Below, one piece after another: positions 24,825-38,360 of a stretch of 64,000 nt of DNA. Numbering within the stretch: the first letter of the stretch is position 1; each line of letters begins with the position of its first letter. The position numbers and the translations under genes are program-made. The notes beneath the pieces are model-generated. The model searched no databases. It was not told where the DNA came from and worked only from the letters and a program-made list of their open reading frames with translations. The stretch lies in assembly GCF_056712565.1 (NCBI RefSeq), contig NZ_CM160072.1; one strand, written 5' to 3'.

Positions 24825-26177
24825 TTATTGCCCCGCGACAGGTTTCAGCTCAATACGCTTGATATCGCCCACCAGCACCAGGTAGCTGAGTACCGCGATT
24901 AAGGCATGAACACCAACATAAATCAGCGCCCCATTAAAGGAGCCAGTCGTGCCAACGATATAACCAATTGCGATTGGCGTGACGATGCCAGAAATGTTAC
25001 CAAACATGTTAAACAGGCCACCGGAAAGACCGCTGATCTCTTTTGGCGCAGTATCAGCCATTACAGCCCAACCCAGCGCACCGATCCCCTTACCGAAGAA
25101 GGCCAGCGCCATAAAGCCGATGATCATCCACTCAACGTTGACGTAGTTGCAGAACACCATCACCATCGACAACAACATGCCCATCACGATCGGTGTTTTA
25201 CGCGCAATGTTCAGTGAACCCGTGCGACGCATCAGCCAGTCGGAAATAATCCCACCCAGCACACCGCCGATAAAACCGCAAACCGCCGGAACGGAAGCCA
25301 CAAAGCCCGCTTTCAGAATCGACATCCCGCGCGCCTGCACCAGATAAACCGGGAACCAGGTAATAAAAAAGTAAGTCAGGGCGTTGATACAGTACTGACC
25401 GATATAAACGCCGATCATCATCCGTGACCCGAGCAGCTGTTTGATCTGCCCCCACTTCACGCTAAACGGCACTTTAACTTTGGTGTTTTGCTGATCCATA
25501 TTGATCAGCGCGCCACCCGCGGCGATGTACTCCAGCTCTTTCTGATTTACGCCCGGATGTTGATTTGGCTCGTGGATGACTTTCAACCAGATAAAGCTGA
25601 TGACAATGCCCAGACCGCCCATAAAGAAAAAGACGTGTGACCAGCCCACTTCATGCGTCAGCCAGCCCATAATCGGCGCGAAGATAACCGTTGCGAAGTA
25701 TTGAGCGGAGTTAAAAATCGACACCGCCGTTCCCCTTTCCTGCGCCGGAAACCAGGCCGCAACAATGCGACTGTTGCCGGGGAAAGAGGGCGCTTCAGCA
25801 AGCCCGACCAGGAAGCGCAGCGTAAACAGGGCAACGATAATGCCGAATCCACTAAAGATATCGACGAAGCCTTGCAGCAAGGTAAACATCGACCAGATAA
25901 AGATCGACCAGAAGTAGACGCGTTTTGAACCAAAACGATCCAGCAACCAGCCACCAGGGATCTGCCCGATAACATACGCCCATGAGAAGGCAGAGAACAC
26001 ATAGCCCATTCCCACGGGATCAAGGCCGATATCTTTGGCCATTTCCGAACCGGCAATAGAAAGCGTAGCGCGGTCGCCGTAGTTGAAGGATGTGACGATA
26101 AACAACATCACCACTATCCAGTAACGAGCATTCGTGCGTTTTTCCACACTGCTCGCAGCCTGACTTAAAGAACTCAT
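24825..26177 (-). CDS. gudP: glucarate/galactarate MFS transporter
   Basis: 450 aa MFS; first gene of the gud operon. Confidence 0.9.
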   Translation of the reverse strand: MSSLSQAASSVEKRTNARYWIVVMLFIVTSFNYGDRATLSIAGSEMAKDIGLDPVGMGYVFSAFSWAYVIGQIPGGWLLDRFGSKRVYFWSIFIWSMFTLLQGFVDIFSGFGIIVALFTLRFLVGLAEAPSFPGNSRIVAAWFPAQERGTAVSIFNSAQYFATVIFAPIMGWLTHEVGWSHVFFFMGGLGIVISFIWLKVIHEPNQHPGVNQKELEYIAAGGALINMDQQNTKVKVPFSVKWGQIKQLLGSRMMIGVYIGQYCINALTYFFITWFPVYLVQARGMSILKAGFVASVPAVCGFIGGVLGGIISDWLMRRTGSLNIARKTPIVMGMLLSMVMVFCNYVNVEWMIIGFMALAFFGKGIGALGWAVMADTAPKEISGLSGGLFNMFGNISGIVTPIAIGYIVGTTGSFNGALIYVGVHALIAVLSYLVLVGDIKRIELKPVAGQ

Positions 26178-26610
26178 TGTTGCACTCCTGAAAATTCGCG
26201 TTAGCCACGCTCACTCTGGACTGCGACATCGCCAGGAAATCAGAGGTGACGTAGGGTGTTTTTGCCGTTTTTATAGGTCGTTCACCGAATACGGCGCGTG
26301 TTTATATCTGGCAATAGCAGTATAAAAAGCGCGCCATAGCGGCTCACCGTGCAACAACACAACATTAATGCGTTCAATGAGGCCCGATTTTGGCATTAGC
26401 CCTGGACGGTGGAATCCACTTCACGGAAATGAAAACAAGAACAAGAAAGGAAGGGTTAAAACGAAGAAATAAAGAAGAGTATGAAATGGATCGCTTGACT
26501 CCAGGCAAACGCCAGTAAAAATCCGCGCTATGAAGCAGTTTTTACTGGCATTTGCCTGAAAAGATTCGATTCAGCACCGCTAAAACGGCATTTACCGCTC
26601 GCTGAACATA

Positions 26611-27060
26611 TCAGGACAACATCGTGCCCCAATGTTCAACCCACGGATTTGATTCCGTTTCCGGTTCCGGGTTCTCACTGGCGTCAATCAACAGCATTTC
26701 GCCAACCCGCTGAGCGCTCTGTTCCTGCAACAAGGCATCGAACTGTTTGCCGCCATTGCAGAAATTCACATAACTACTGTCGCCGAGCGCAATCACGCCA
26801 TAACGCAGATTCGGCTGGAAGCCCAGACTATCTTTGATTCCCTGAAAGAGTGGCACAATGCTATCAGGAAGGTCGCCCTGCCCGGTCGTGGACGTAACCA
26901 CCAGAACATACTTATCCTGATAGGGCAGCCAGTCGCTTAATTCAGGATCTTCAAATACCGTTGCTTTGTGGCCCTGCGCGGTCAGAATCGCTTCCGCTTC
27001 TTCGGCCACTAACAGTGAATTCCCGTACATGGTGCCGACAAAAATACCAATTTCCGCCAT
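26611..27060 (-). CDS. yqcA: flavodoxin-like protein
   Basis: 149 aa, [15 protein letters not shown]... Confidence 0.85.
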   Translation of the reverse strand: MAEIGIFVGTMYGNSLLVAEEAEAILTAQGHKATVFEDPELSDWLPYQDKYVLVVTSTTGQGDLPDSIVPLFQGIKDSLGFQPNLRYGVIALGDSSYVNFCNGGKQFDALLQEQSAQRVGEMLLIDASENPEPETESNPWVEHWGTMLS

Positions 27061-27077
27061 ACCGTTTTCTCCCTGGA

Positions 27078-27860
27078 TTAGGAACTTATCTCTCCATCCT
27101 GACCCGATGGCGCACTGAACTCAACCCTTTCATTTTCAGGAAGCAGACCCCGCCAGCCAAATTGTGATAACGCCTGCATCCAGGTGTCGTCCAGGCCCGC
27201 GTGAATAGTCAGCGGCTCGCCAGTAAAAGGATGCGTCAATGACAACTGACTAGCATGCAGCATTAACCGCTGAAGGCCAAAATGTTCAGCACCGCTGCGA
27301 TTCTGGCGTAAATCACCATGTTTGCTGTCGCCAATAATCGGGTGGCGCAAATGGGCAAGATGGCGACGGAGCTGGTGCTTACGTCCGGTTTTCGGCTCCA
27401 GTTCTACCAGGCCGTAGCGCGTGGTCGGGTAACGTCCGGTCGCTACCGGCATTTCTACGGTCGCCAGACCGCGATAATGCGTCACTGCTGGCTGCGGGCC
27501 TTTATCTTCGCGGGCAAATTTATCAGCGATTTTGTCCAGTTCTTCCACCAGTGGATAATCCAGCACCGCTTCTTCCATCAACCAGCCGCGCACAATCGCA
27601 TGGTAACGTTTCTGGATTTGGTGCTGTTCAAACTGTTGTGCCAGCAGCCGTCCGGCCTCGCTGGATAATCCCATCAACAACACACCAGAAGTGGGTCGGT
27701 CCAGACGATGAGCAGTAAACACATGCTGGCCTATCAGGTCACGCACGGTTTGCATGACCACTACTTTCTCGTCGCGATCCAGCCAGCTGCGGTGAACCAG
27801 CCAGCCGGAGGGTTTATTTACCGCAACCAGCCATTCATCCTGATAGAGTATTTCCAGCAT
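27078..27860 (-). CDS. truC: tRNA pseudouridine(65) synthase
   Basis: 260 aa, RluA-family motifs ([12 protein letters not shown]). Confidence 0.9.
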   Translation of the reverse strand: MLEILYQDEWLVAVNKPSGWLVHRSWLDRDEKVVVMQTVRDLIGQHVFTAHRLDRPTSGVLLMGLSSEAGRLLAQQFEQHQIQKRYHAIVRGWLMEEAVLDYPLVEELDKIADKFAREDKGPQPAVTHYRGLATVEMPVATGRYPTTRYGLVELEPKTGRKHQLRRHLAHLRHPIIGDSKHGDLRQNRSGAEHFGLQRLMLHASQLSLTHPFTGEPLTIHAGLDDTWMQALSQFGWRGLLPENERVEFSAPSGQDGEISS

Positions 27861-28189
27861 TAGCTCGCATCATCCGCAAAAAGAGCATCCAGTTTTTCCA
27901 GCTCAGCCAGAATAAGCGCGCGTTGCGGATGATCAGTCGCCAGCGCCATTTCATAATAGGGCGCAACAGCAAAAGCGCCCGGTAACGGCTGGTTGTTATC
28001 TAACAAATCGTGCATCCGCGGAATCAGTACCCATTGCAACCACTCCAGTGGTTCCATGGTGTCCATAAAGAACGGCTGGGTACTCGCAAATTGATGCGGC
28101 AGGGGTTCATCGTTTCGCCAGTGCTGATGTTCACGCAGTAACGCTTCAAGCGCCTGCAACTGGAGACGAACGCGGTCATGAGTGGTCAT
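27860..28189 (-). CDS. yqcC: DUF446-family protein
   Basis: 109 aa; start codon overlaps truC stop. Confidence 0.8.
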   Translation of the reverse strand: MTTHDRVRLQLQALEALLREHQHWRNDEPLPHQFASTQPFFMDTMEPLEWLQWVLIPRMHDLLDNNQPLPGAFAVAPYYEMALATDHPQRALILAELEKLDALFADDAS

Positions 28190-28232
28190 AAAGCAACCTC
28201 AATAAGAAAAACTGCCGCGAAGAATAGCAGGA

Positions 28233-28600
28233 ATAAAAAAAGGGAGCACTGTATTCACAGTGCTCCCGGTTCGTTTCGCAGCATTCCGGCTACTTTTGTT
28301 GCTCCCTGCTCATCCTTGACAACTTTTCCTCTGGCCTTGCGGCCAATCGTTCATCCTGAACTATTGCTTCCTGCTCACACCACCCCGATGTGATACTTCA
28401 TCCTGAAGTGTTCCTGGCCTTCCTGACCCACCGAATCATCCTGACCGGTTCTCATTCTCCATCCTGGAGGTGTCCTTTAACGCGTCCTGCGTCATCCTCT
28501 TCGCTTCATCCAGAAGCCTTTCCCTGAAACACCATCCTGGTGTGTCCTTCAGAAGTGTCATCATCCTGATGTTCACTTCGTTGTCTGACTCCCTGTCGAC
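28233..28600 (-). ncRNA. csrB: CsrB small RNA (CsrA-sequestering)
   Basis: More than a dozen catcct(g) motifs on the + strand (CAGGAUG/AGGA on the transcript). 5' end reads GUCGACAGGGAGUCAGACAACGAAGUGAACAUCAGGAUGA on the minus strand. Terminator hairpin gggagcactg...cagtgctccc plus U-run at 28233-28266. Confidence 0.9.
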
Positions 28601-28810
28601 GAAGATAGAATCGTCTTTTTCTCGAAGTCTTACAAGGCGCTTACAGACAATGCCTTAAGGATAATTTCATATGAAAGTTAAGAATTAACAAGCAACATTT
28701 TGTTTTTAAATGAAAATAACGATTCTTATCTTTTTAAGTATTCGCTTATTTCCTGGCGATCTCCTACAGAGTCTGTAAGAGATCTCTCACAACCAGATGG
28801 GGTATTTGGA

Positions 28811-29356
28811 TTACAGAAGAGGCTTAAGTTGATTAAGGAATTCCGCAAGATTTGAGGCTAAATGCGTCCGTTTACGTGTTCCCAGCGTCTCTTTGCACAC
28901 TTCACCGGAGAGATTACACACCGAGATGACCTCTAACTCTTCTTCCAGCGTCGCGATAAATAGCGTGGGCGGCAGTTTTAGCCTTTTCTGAGTCACCAGA
29001 TGACCAATCAGATTTTCCTGCACCCGACGGAAGTCGTCTTCACTCCAGGTTTGCAGCAATGTCAGTTTGATATCGCCAAACTGCGCGTGCATATCCCCGG
29101 CAAACTGAGTCGTATAAAAGGTATGAATCGTGGGTTGTATCACAATATCAAAAGCGCGTTCAACCGCGTTTACATTTTGTTCCCCGGTAAACGGCTGGGG
29201 TTGCCAGTATACGGCATCTTCGGTAGTTGAAATAATGCACGGTGAAGGAACGCCGTACAGTTCCTCACTTAACGGCCAGCTTTTATGCTCTTCATGCCAC
29301 GCATCGCAGTAGCGTGCAGTAAAATCTTTCAGGGCTTGTGCGGTCAAATCGTCCAC
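28811..29356 (-). CDS. syd: SecY-interacting protein Syd
   Basis: 181 aa; synteny. Confidence 0.9.
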
Positions 29357-29423
29357 TAATTTCTCTCTTCACTTAAACCAGATACACTTGTCGTTTAGTT
29401 TATCTGGTTTATGACGGTGAAAC

Positions 29424-30272
29424 ATGTCTTCTTATGCAAACCATCAGGCACTTGCGGGCCTGACACTTGGAAAATCAACCGATTACCGGGATACCTATGA
29501 CGCCAGCCTACTGCAAGGCGTTCCACGCAGCCTGAATCGCGACCCGCTGGGTCTGAAAGCGGATAACCTGCCTTTTCACGGTACGGATATCTGGACGCTG
29601 TATGAACTTTCCTGGCTGAATGCGAAAGGTTTGCCGCAGGTCGCTGTCGGTCATGTTGAACTTGATTACACCAGCGTAAATCTGATTGAGTCGAAGAGTT
29701 TTAAGCTCTATCTCAACAGTTTTAACCAGACGCGTTTTAATAACTGGGATGAGGTGCGCCAGACGCTGGAGCGCGACTTAAGCACTTGCGCCCAGGGTAA
29801 GGTTAGCGTGGCGTTATATCGTCTTGATGAACTGGAAGGCCAGCCGATAGGTCATTTCAATGGCACCTGCATTGATGACCAGGATATCACTATCGATAAC
29901 TATGAATTCACTACTGACTATCTGGAGAATGCCACCAGCGGTGAAAAAGTAGTGGAAGAGACGCTTGTCAGCCACCTGCTGAAATCAAATTGCCTGATCA
30001 CCCATCAACCAGATTGGGGATCGATCCAAATTCAGTATCGTGGACGCCAAATTGACAGAGAAAAACTGCTGCGTTACCTGGTTTCTTTCCGTCATCACAA
30101 CGAGTTCCACGAACAGTGCGTGGAACGCATCTTTAATGACCTGTTACGCTTCTGCCAGCCAGAGAAATTGAGCGTTTACGCACGTTATACCCGTCGTGGC
30201 GGTCTGGACATTAACCCGTGGCGCAGTAATAGCGATTTTGTCCCATCGACCACAAGACTGGTTCGGCAATAA
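29424..30272 (+). CDS. queF: NADPH-dependent 7-cyano-7-deazaguanine reductase
   Basis: 282 aa; synteny. Confidence 0.9.
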   Translation: MSSYANHQALAGLTLGKSTDYRDTYDASLLQGVPRSLNRDPLGLKADNLPFHGTDIWTLYELSWLNAKGLPQVAVGHVELDYTSVNLIESKSFKLYLNSFNQTRFNNWDEVRQTLERDLSTCAQGKVSVALYRLDELEGQPIGHFNGTCIDDQDITIDNYEFTTDYLENATSGEKVVEETLVSHLLKSNCLITHQPDWGSIQIQYRGRQIDREKLLRYLVSFRHHNEFHEQCVERIFNDLLRFCQPEKLSVYARYTRRGGLDINPWRSNSDFVPSTTRLVRQ

Positions 30273-30383
30273 ATTTTTTCTCAATTTTGCGTGCTGGATT
30301 CACGCAGAAGGTTGTGAAAGGTCAGCAGGCAGGGCTATTGTAATCAAAGGGAATGACGATATTCGTCCCATAAGGAGTTTTTC

Positions 30384-31748
30384 TTGATTACACATATTAG
30401 CCCGCTTGGCTCCATGGATATGTTGTCGCAGCTGGAAGTGGATATGCTTAAACGCACCGCCAGCAGCGACCTCTATCAACTGTTTCGCAACTGTTCACTT
30501 GCCGTACTGAACTCCGGTAGTTTGACCGATAACAGCAAAGAATTGCTGTCTCGTTTTGAAAATTTCGATATTAACGTCCTGCGCCGTGAACGCGGCGTAA
30601 AGCTGGAACTGATAAATCCCCCGGAAGAGGCTTTTGTCGATGGGCGAATTATTCGCGCTTTGCAGGCCAACTTGTTCGCGGTTCTGCGTGACATTCTCTT
30701 CGTTTATGGGCAAATTCATAACACCGTTCGTTTTCCCAACCTGAATCTCGACAACTCCGTCCACATCACTAACCTGGTCTTTTCCATCTTGCGTAACGCT
30801 CGCGCGCTGCATGTCGGTGAAGCGCCAAATATGGTGGTCTGCTGGGGCGGTCACTCAATTAACGAAAACGAGTATTTGTATGCCCGTCGCGTCGGGAATC
30901 AGCTGGGCCTGCGTGAGCTGAATATCTGCACCGGCTGTGGTCCGGGAGCGATGGAAGCGCCGATGAAAGGTGCTGCGGTCGGACACGCGCAGCAGCGTTA
31001 CAAAGACAGTCGCTTTATTGGTATGACAGAGCCGTCGATTATCGCCGCTGAACCGCCTAACCCGCTGGTCAACGAATTGATCATCATGCCAGATATCGAA
31101 AAACGTCTGGAAGCGTTTGTCCGTATCGCTCACGGTATCATTATCTTCCCTGGCGGTGTGGGTACAGCAGAAGAGTTGCTGTATTTGCTGGGAATTTTAA
31201 TGAACCCGGCCAACAAAGATCAGGTTTTACCATTGATCCTCACCGGCCCGAAAGAGAGCGCCGACTACTTCCGCGTACTGGACGAGTTTGTCGTGCATAC
31301 GCTGGGTGAAAACGCGCGCCGCCATTACCGCATCATCATTGATGACGCCGCTGAAGTCGCTCGTCAGATGAAAAAATCGATGCCGCTGGTGAAAGAAAAT
31401 CGCCGCGACACTGGTGACGCTTACAGCTTTAACTGGTCAATGCGCATTGCGCCAGATTTGCAAATGCCGTTTGAGCCGTCTCACGAGAATATGGCTAATC
31501 TGAAGCTTTACCCGGATCAACCCGTTGAAGTGCTGGCTGCCGACCTGCGCCGTGCGTTCTCCGGTATTGTGGCGGGTAATGTAAAAGAAGTCGGTATTCG
31601 CGCCATTGAAGAGTTTGGTCCTTACAAAATCAACGGCGATAAAGAGATTATGCGTCGTATGGACGACCTGCTACAGGGTTTTGTTGCCCAGCATCGTATG
31701 AAGTTGCCAGGCTCAGCCTACATCCCTTGCTACGAAATCTGCACATAA
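30384..31748 (+). CDS. ppnN: pyrimidine/purine nucleotide 5'-monophosphate nucleosidase (LOG-like)
   Basis: 454 aa; TTG start with taaggag Shine-Dalgarno 6 nt upstream; synteny. Confidence 0.85.
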
Positions 31749-32304
31749 TCTCCCCTCCCCCGGTGACGTTTGTTGCCGGGTTTTCTCGTTTTTGGTCACT
31801 TACTCATCAACTCATTTCATTTGTTATATGAATGTTTCTTACCACCCTCACGCGACAAATATCACCACAGTTAATATGTCATACAATTTATGTTGGAACG
31901 CAAACGTTTCCCTATTTTCATAAACCACATTTTATCGCCATGAAAAAGAAATTATCGCCATGATTAACTAAAAGTATTGATTTTTTCAGTTCAACCTACA
32001 TATATTGCGCGCCCCGTAAGAAGTCAGATGTCGTTTAATGGGTAAATATTGCCCTTAAATTCTCTTTTACTTTTGATTTACAGAGTAAAGCGTTGTGATT
32101 ATCTATCTTCCAAGTAGATTATTGTATTTGGGATCAAGATCACTGATAGATACATAACTTGTGTGTATCTTTCCGCCCTCAAATTATTACGGTGGAAAAT
32201 GATTAAGCCATCGCCGATAGACAGATTTCATTTTTACGGTCAGGCACCTTCCCGGGCTGAACTGGCTAAAAGCTGAATTATTTGCATTCCTCCAGGAGAA
32301 ATAG

Positions 32305-33594
32305 ATGGAAACGACTCAAACCAGCACGATTGCGTCGAAAGACTCTCGTAGTGCCTGGCGCAAGACAGACACCATGTGGATGCTGGGCCTTTACGGCACG
32401 GCAATCGGCGCGGGCGTGCTGTTCCTGCCAATCAACGCTGGTGTTGGCGGTATGATCCCGCTGATCATCATGGCTATCCTTGCGTTCCCGATGACGTTTT
32501 TTGCTCACCGCGGCCTGACTCGCTTCGTACTGTCTGGTAAAAACCCGGGCGAAGACATCACCGAGGTTGTAGAAGAACACTTTGGTATTGGCGCAGGTAA
32601 ACTGATTACTCTGCTCTACTTCTTCGCTATCTACCCGATCCTGCTGGTTTATAGCGTGGCAATCACCAATACAGTTGAAAGCTTCATGTCTCACCAGCTG
32701 GGTATGACGCCACCGCCGCGTGCGATTCTGTCGCTGATCCTGATCGTGGGTATGATGACCATCGTTCGCTTCGGTGAGCAGATGATCGTTAAAGCGATGA
32801 GTATTCTGGTATTCCCGTTTGTTGGCGTACTGATGCTGCTGGCTCTGTACCTGATCCCGCAGTGGAACGGCGCAGCACTGGAAACGCTGTCTCTGGACAC
32901 TGCATCTGCAACCGGAAACGGTCTGTGGATGACACTGTGGCTGGCAATTCCGGTAATGGTGTTCTCGTTCAACCACTCTCCGATCATCTCTTCTTTCGCC
33001 GTTGCGAAGCGTGAAGAGTACGGCGATATGGCAGAACAGAAATGCTCGAAGATCCTGGCATTCGCACACATCATGATGGTGCTGACCGTAATGTTCTTCG
33101 TCTTCAGCTGCGTACTGAGCCTGACTCCGGCAGACCTGGCTGCGGCTAAAGAGCAGAACATCTCGATTCTGTCTTACCTGGCTAACCACTTTAACGCGCC
33201 GATCATCGCGTGGATGGCTCCGATTATCGCGATTATCGCTATCACCAAATCCTTCCTCGGCCACTACCTGGGCGCACGTGAAGGCTTCAACGGTATGGTG
33301 ATTAAATCTCTGCGTGGTAAAGGTAAGTCTATCGAAATCAACAAGCTGAACCGTATCACTGCGCTGTTCATGCTGGTAACGACCTGGATTGTTGCCACCC
33401 TGAACCCGAGCATCCTGGGTATGATTGAAACCCTGGGCGGCCCAATCATCGCGATGATCCTGTTCCTGATGCCGATGTACGCAATTCAGAAAGTACCGGC
33501 AATGCGTAAATACAGCGGTCACATCAGCAACGTATTCGTTGTCGTGATGGGTCTGATTGCAATCTCCGCAATCTTCTACTCTCTGTTCAGCTAA
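32305..33594 (+). CDS. sdaC: serine:H+ symporter
   Basis: 429 aa polytopic membrane protein; long AT-rich leader upstream. Confidence 0.93.
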   Translation: METTQTSTIASKDSRSAWRKTDTMWMLGLYGTAIGAGVLFLPINAGVGGMIPLIIMAILAFPMTFFAHRGLTRFVLSGKNPGEDITEVVEEHFGIGAGKLITLLYFFAIYPILLVYSVAITNTVESFMSHQLGMTPPPRAILSLILIVGMMTIVRFGEQMIVKAMSILVFPFVGVLMLLALYLIPQWNGAALETLSLDTASATGNGLWMTLWLAIPVMVFSFNHSPIISSFAVAKREEYGDMAEQKCSKILAFAHIMMVLTVMFFVFSCVLSLTPADLAAAKEQNISILSYLANHFNAPIIAWMAPIIAIIAITKSFLGHYLGAREGFNGMVIKSLRGKGKSIEINKLNRITALFMLVTTWIVATLNPSILGMIETLGGPIIAMILFLMPMYAIQKVPAMRKYSGHISNVFVVVMGLIAISAIFYSLFS

Positions 33595-33651
33595 GTCCTT
33601 TCGCGCCGCTTTCGGGCGGCGCTTCCTCCGTTTTAACGCGATGTATTTCCT

Positions 33652-35019
33652 ATGATTAGCGTATTCGATATTTTCAAAATCGGCATTGGCCCTTCCAGTT
33701 CTCATACCGTTGGACCAATGAAAGCGGGTAAACAATTTACCGACGATCTGATTGCCCGTAACCTGCTTAAAGACGTGACCCGCGTGGTGGTTGACGTGTA
33801 CGGCTCGCTCTCTCTGACCGGTAAAGGCCACCACACAGATATCGCCATAATTATGGGTCTGGCGGGTAACCTGCCGGATACCGTGGATATCGATTCCATC
33901 CCTGGTTTTATTCAGGATGTGAATACTCATGGTCGCCTGATGCTGGCAAACGGTCAGCATGAAGTGGAGTTCCCGGTTGATCAGTGCATGAACTTCCATG
34001 CCGACAACCTTTCTCTGCATGAAAACGGTATGCGCATTACCGCGCTGGCGGGCGATAAAGTCGTTTACAGCCAGACTTATTACTCTATCGGCGGTGGCTT
34101 TATTGTTGATGAAGAACATTTTGGTCAGCAGGATAGCGCACCGGTTGAAGTTCCTTATCCGTACAGTTCAGCAGCCGATCTGCAAAAACATTGTCAGGAA
34201 ACCGGGCTGTCACTCTCTGGCCTGATGATGAAAAACGAGCTGGCGCTGCACAGCAAAGAAGAGCTGGAACAGCACCTGGCGAACGTCTGGGAAGTCATGC
34301 GTGGCGGTATTGAGCGCGGTATTTCTACCGAAGGCGTGTTACCTGGCAAACTGCGCGTTCCACGCCGTGCTGCGGCACTACGCCGGATGCTGGTCAGCCA
34401 GGATAAAACCACCACTGACCCGATGGCGGTTGTTGACTGGATCAACATGTTTGCACTGGCAGTGAACGAAGAGAATGCTGCTGGCGGTCGCGTGGTGACT
34501 GCGCCGACTAACGGTGCGTGCGGGATTATTCCGGCCGTGCTGGCGTACTACGACAAGTTTATCCGCGAAGTGAACGCTAACTCACTGGCTCGTTACCTGC
34601 TGGTAGCCAGCGCCATTGGTTCTCTTTATAAGATGAACGCCTCGATTTCTGGTGCCGAAGTCGGCTGCCAGGGTGAAGTCGGCGTGGCGTGCTCAATGGC
34701 GGCAGCTGGTCTGGCAGAACTGTTAGGCGCAAGCCCAGCGCAGGTATGCATCGCGGCGGAAATCGCCATGGAGCACAACCTCGGTCTGACGTGTGACCCG
34801 GTCGCCGGGCAGGTACAGGTGCCGTGCATCGAGCGTAACGCCATTGCGGCAGTGAAAGCAGTAAACGCTGCACGTATGGCGCTGCGCCGTACCAGCGAGC
34901 CACGCGTCTGCCTCGACAAAGTTATCGAAACCATGTACGAAACAGGTAAAGATATGAACGCCAAGTACCGTGAAACGTCTCGCGGCGGCCTGGCAATGAA
35001 AATCGTTGCCTGCGATTAA
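33652..35019 (+). CDS. sdaB: L-serine dehydratase 2
   Basis: 455 aa, [23 protein letters not shown]... Confidence 0.95.
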   Translation: MISVFDIFKIGIGPSSSHTVGPMKAGKQFTDDLIARNLLKDVTRVVVDVYGSLSLTGKGHHTDIAIIMGLAGNLPDTVDIDSIPGFIQDVNTHGRLMLANGQHEVEFPVDQCMNFHADNLSLHENGMRITALAGDKVVYSQTYYSIGGGFIVDEEHFGQQDSAPVEVPYPYSSAADLQKHCQETGLSLSGLMMKNELALHSKEELEQHLANVWEVMRGGIERGISTEGVLPGKLRVPRRAAALRRMLVSQDKTTTDPMAVVDWINMFALAVNEENAAGGRVVTAPTNGACGIIPAVLAYYDKFIREVNANSLARYLLVASAIGSLYKMNASISGAEVGCQGEVGVACSMAAAGLAELLGASPAQVCIAAEIAMEHNLGLTCDPVAGQVQVPCIERNAIAAVKAVNAARMALRRTSEPRVCLDKVIETMYETGKDMNAKYRETSRGGLAMKIVACD

Positions 35020-35886
<867 letters not shown>

Positions 35887-35937
35887 CGGCGTGCCGGATG
35901 CAAACGATTATCAACACATTGAATTTCATGCACTTAT

Positions 35938-35974
35938 ATGCCGGATAAGACGCGGCTAGCGTCGCATCCGGCAT
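35938..35974. repeat. REP element
   Basis: gccggataagacgcggctagcgtcgcatccggc palindromic unit between xni and fucO. Confidence 0.6.
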
Positions 35975-35990
35975 TATCACATCAGCGTAT

Positions 35991-37139
35991 TTACCAGGCG
36001 GTATGGTAAAGCTCTACAATATCCTCAAGCGTTGCTTCACGCGGGTTGCCACCGGTACAAACATCATCCAGTGCCGCCTGCGCCAGTGCCGGAATGTCTT
36101 CCTTGCGTACACCAACATCACGTAAATGTGGCGGAATACCGACATCACGGTTGAGAGCAAACACCGCTTCAACAGCGGCATTACGCGCCTCTTCCAGGCT
36201 CATACCTTCCACTTTCACGCCCATAACGCGCGCGATATCGCGGTACTTCTCACCGGTAAAGTCAGCGTTATAGCGCATGACATGCGGTAACAGGATGGCA
36301 TTTGCAACACCGTGTGGCGTGTTGTAAAACGCGCCCAGTGGATGCGCCATACCATGCACCAACCCTAACCCAACATTCGAGAATCCCATACCCGCAACAT
36401 ACTGCCCGAGCGCCATTTCTTCTCCGGCATCCTTATCACCAGCAACCGTTCCTCGCAGCGCCCCAGCAATGATTTCAATCGCTTTAATGTGCAGCGCATC
36501 GGTTAGCGCCCACGCGCCACGGGTAATATACCCCTCAATAGCATGAGTGAGCGCATCGACACCCGTCGCGGCTTTCAGCGCTGGAGGCATACCATCCATC
36601 ATGTCAGCGTCAATAAACGCCACCTGCGGGATATCATGCGGATCAACGCAAACAAACTTGCGCCGTTTCTCTTCGTCAGTGATCACGTAGTTAATGGTCA
36701 CTTCTGCCGCAGTGCCTGCTGTGGTGGGGATTGCCAGAATCGGTACACTGGGTTTATTGGTCGGGGAAAGCCCTTCCAGGCTACGCACATCGGCAAACTC
36801 CGGGTTGTTGCTGATAATGCCAATCGCTTTACACGTATCCTGTGGAGAACCACCACCAATAGCGATCAGGTAATCCGCGCCGCTATTCTGGAATACATCG
36901 AGCCCTTCTTTGACGACAGTAATTGTTGGGTTAGGTACTACGCCGTCGTAAATCGCCCATGCCAGTCCTGCCGCATCCATCTTATCGATCACTTTCGCCA
37001 CCACGCCGCATTGCACCAGCGTTTTATCGGTGACGATCAGCGCCTTCTGATAACCACGGCGTTTCACTTCATCGGTTAAAGCTCCAACAGCACCTCGACC
37101 AAACCATGCCGTTTCGTTCAGAATCATTCTGTTAGCCAT
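35991..37139 (-). CDS. fucO: L-1,2-propanediol oxidoreductase (lactaldehyde reductase)
   Basis: 382 aa iron-type alcohol dehydrogenase; synteny. Confidence 0.93.
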   Translation of the reverse strand: MANRMILNETAWFGRGAVGALTDEVKRRGYQKALIVTDKTLVQCGVVAKVIDKMDAAGLAWAIYDGVVPNPTITVVKEGLDVFQNSGADYLIAIGGGSPQDTCKAIGIISNNPEFADVRSLEGLSPTNKPSVPILAIPTTAGTAAEVTINYVITDEEKRRKFVCVDPHDIPQVAFIDADMMDGMPPALKAATGVDALTHAIEGYITRGAWALTDALHIKAIEIIAGALRGTVAGDKDAGEEMALGQYVAGMGFSNVGLGLVHGMAHPLGAFYNTPHGVANAILLPHVMRYNADFTGEKYRDIARVMGVKVEGMSLEEARNAAVEAVFALNRDVGIPPHLRDVGVRKEDIPALAQAALDDVCTGGNPREATLEDIVELYHTAW

Positions 37140-37166
37140 CATCCTTCTCCTTGTTGCTTTACGAAA

Positions 37167-37814
37167 TTACTCTTCAATCCGTAACCCGTAGGTTTTGAAT
37201 TTCTCCAGCACTACGGCAATCTCTTCATCGCTCAGCACTGGCACCGGGTCCGTAATCGCCAGGGTCGTCAGGTAAAGTTGTGCCAGCACTTCAACTTCAT
37301 GCGCCAGCCATAACGCTTTCTCCAGATTCGCCTCACAAGCGATAAGCCCATGATGTTGTAACAAAGTTGCCTTACGATTTTTGAGAGCCAGCGCAACATG
37401 TTCAGAAAGTTCGCGTGTTCCAAAGGTCGCATAAGGCGCGCAAGGAATAGAATTACCGCCAGCCGCCGCAATCATGTAGTGAATCGCGGGGATCGGTCGG
37501 TTAAGAATGGAAACTGCCGTACAATGAACGGCATGATTGTGAACAACCGCGTTGGCATCCGGTCTGCTTTGATAGGCCGCCATATGGAAACGCCACTCGC
37601 TTGAGGGGAGCTTTCCTTCCTCATGTTTGCCGTTGCCATCAATAAAGACAATATGCGACTCCGTCAGTTTTTCATATGGAATACCTGTAGGCGTAATCAG
37701 CATCCCATCCTGATAACGTACACTGACGTTACCCGCTGTCCCCTGGTTCAGCCCCAGGCGAGTCATTTCCAGGCAAGTGTCAATAATCTGACGAGCAAGT
37801 TTATTTCGTTCCAT
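37167..37814 (-). CDS. fucA: L-fuculose-phosphate aldolase
   Basis: 215 aa; class II aldolase. Confidence 0.93.
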   Translation of the reverse strand: MERNKLARQIIDTCLEMTRLGLNQGTAGNVSVRYQDGMLITPTGIPYEKLTESHIVFIDGNGKHEEGKLPSSEWRFHMAAYQSRPDANAVVHNHAVHCTAVSILNRPIPAIHYMIAAAGGNSIPCAPYATFGTRELSEHVALALKNRKATLLQHHGLIACEANLEKALWLAHEVEVLAQLYLTTLAITDPVPVLSDEEIAVVLEKFKTYGLRIEE

Positions 37815-38360
37815 TAGCTACCTCTCTCTGATTCAAAACAGGGCAATAATGTTGTTCCTTTCACACTATTGAATTAGCCGTTTAATTACTCACCATATTC
37901 TTCCTGATTAACCAGAAAGAAATTCACAAGCTTATATTTTGTGACCTGGTTCAACTAATCACAGTAAATAACTGCAATTTCTCTTTTTATAACCACATTA
38001 AAAATGACCGCTCTTAAGAATATTTATCAAAACGGTCATTTTTCTACTCCTCCCTGCCAGGAATGCCCGTTTTCGGCACAAACAATTAATACGGTCATCT
38101 GGTTTGTGTTTTTTATGATTTATTTTCTGAAACGGGCATGAAATTTCGATTATTAAAGTGATGGTAGTCACATAAAGTCACCTTCCAGCTAATAAGTGTG
38201 ACCGCCGTCATATTACAGACCGTTTTTTATTTGAAAATGAATCCATGAGTTCATTTCAGACAGGCAAATATTCACTGATATGAAGCCCGAACTCGCTGGT
38301 TTTGCACTTTTGAAAACATAACCGATTACGTGCTTAAGCTTCTGAACCTAAGAGGATGCT
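37815..38360. promoter_or_regulatory. divergent fucAO / fucPIK control region
   Basis: About 545 bp AT-rich intergenic between divergently oriented operons; known FucR/CRP-controlled region in K-12 (not verified site by site here). Confidence 0.5.

Noticed and set aside
28178-28658. Two small plus-strand ORFs (71 and 62 aa) between yqcC and syd
   Set aside because: They lie within the csrB sRNA locus; the repeats are RNA motifs, not coding sequence.
32278-34119. 613-aa minus-strand ORF spanning sdaC and sdaB
   Set aside because: Antisense to two well-supported genes; translation is low-complexity and His/Arg/Gln-rich with no recognisable domain. Most likely an artefact of codon-biased coding sequence on the other strand.
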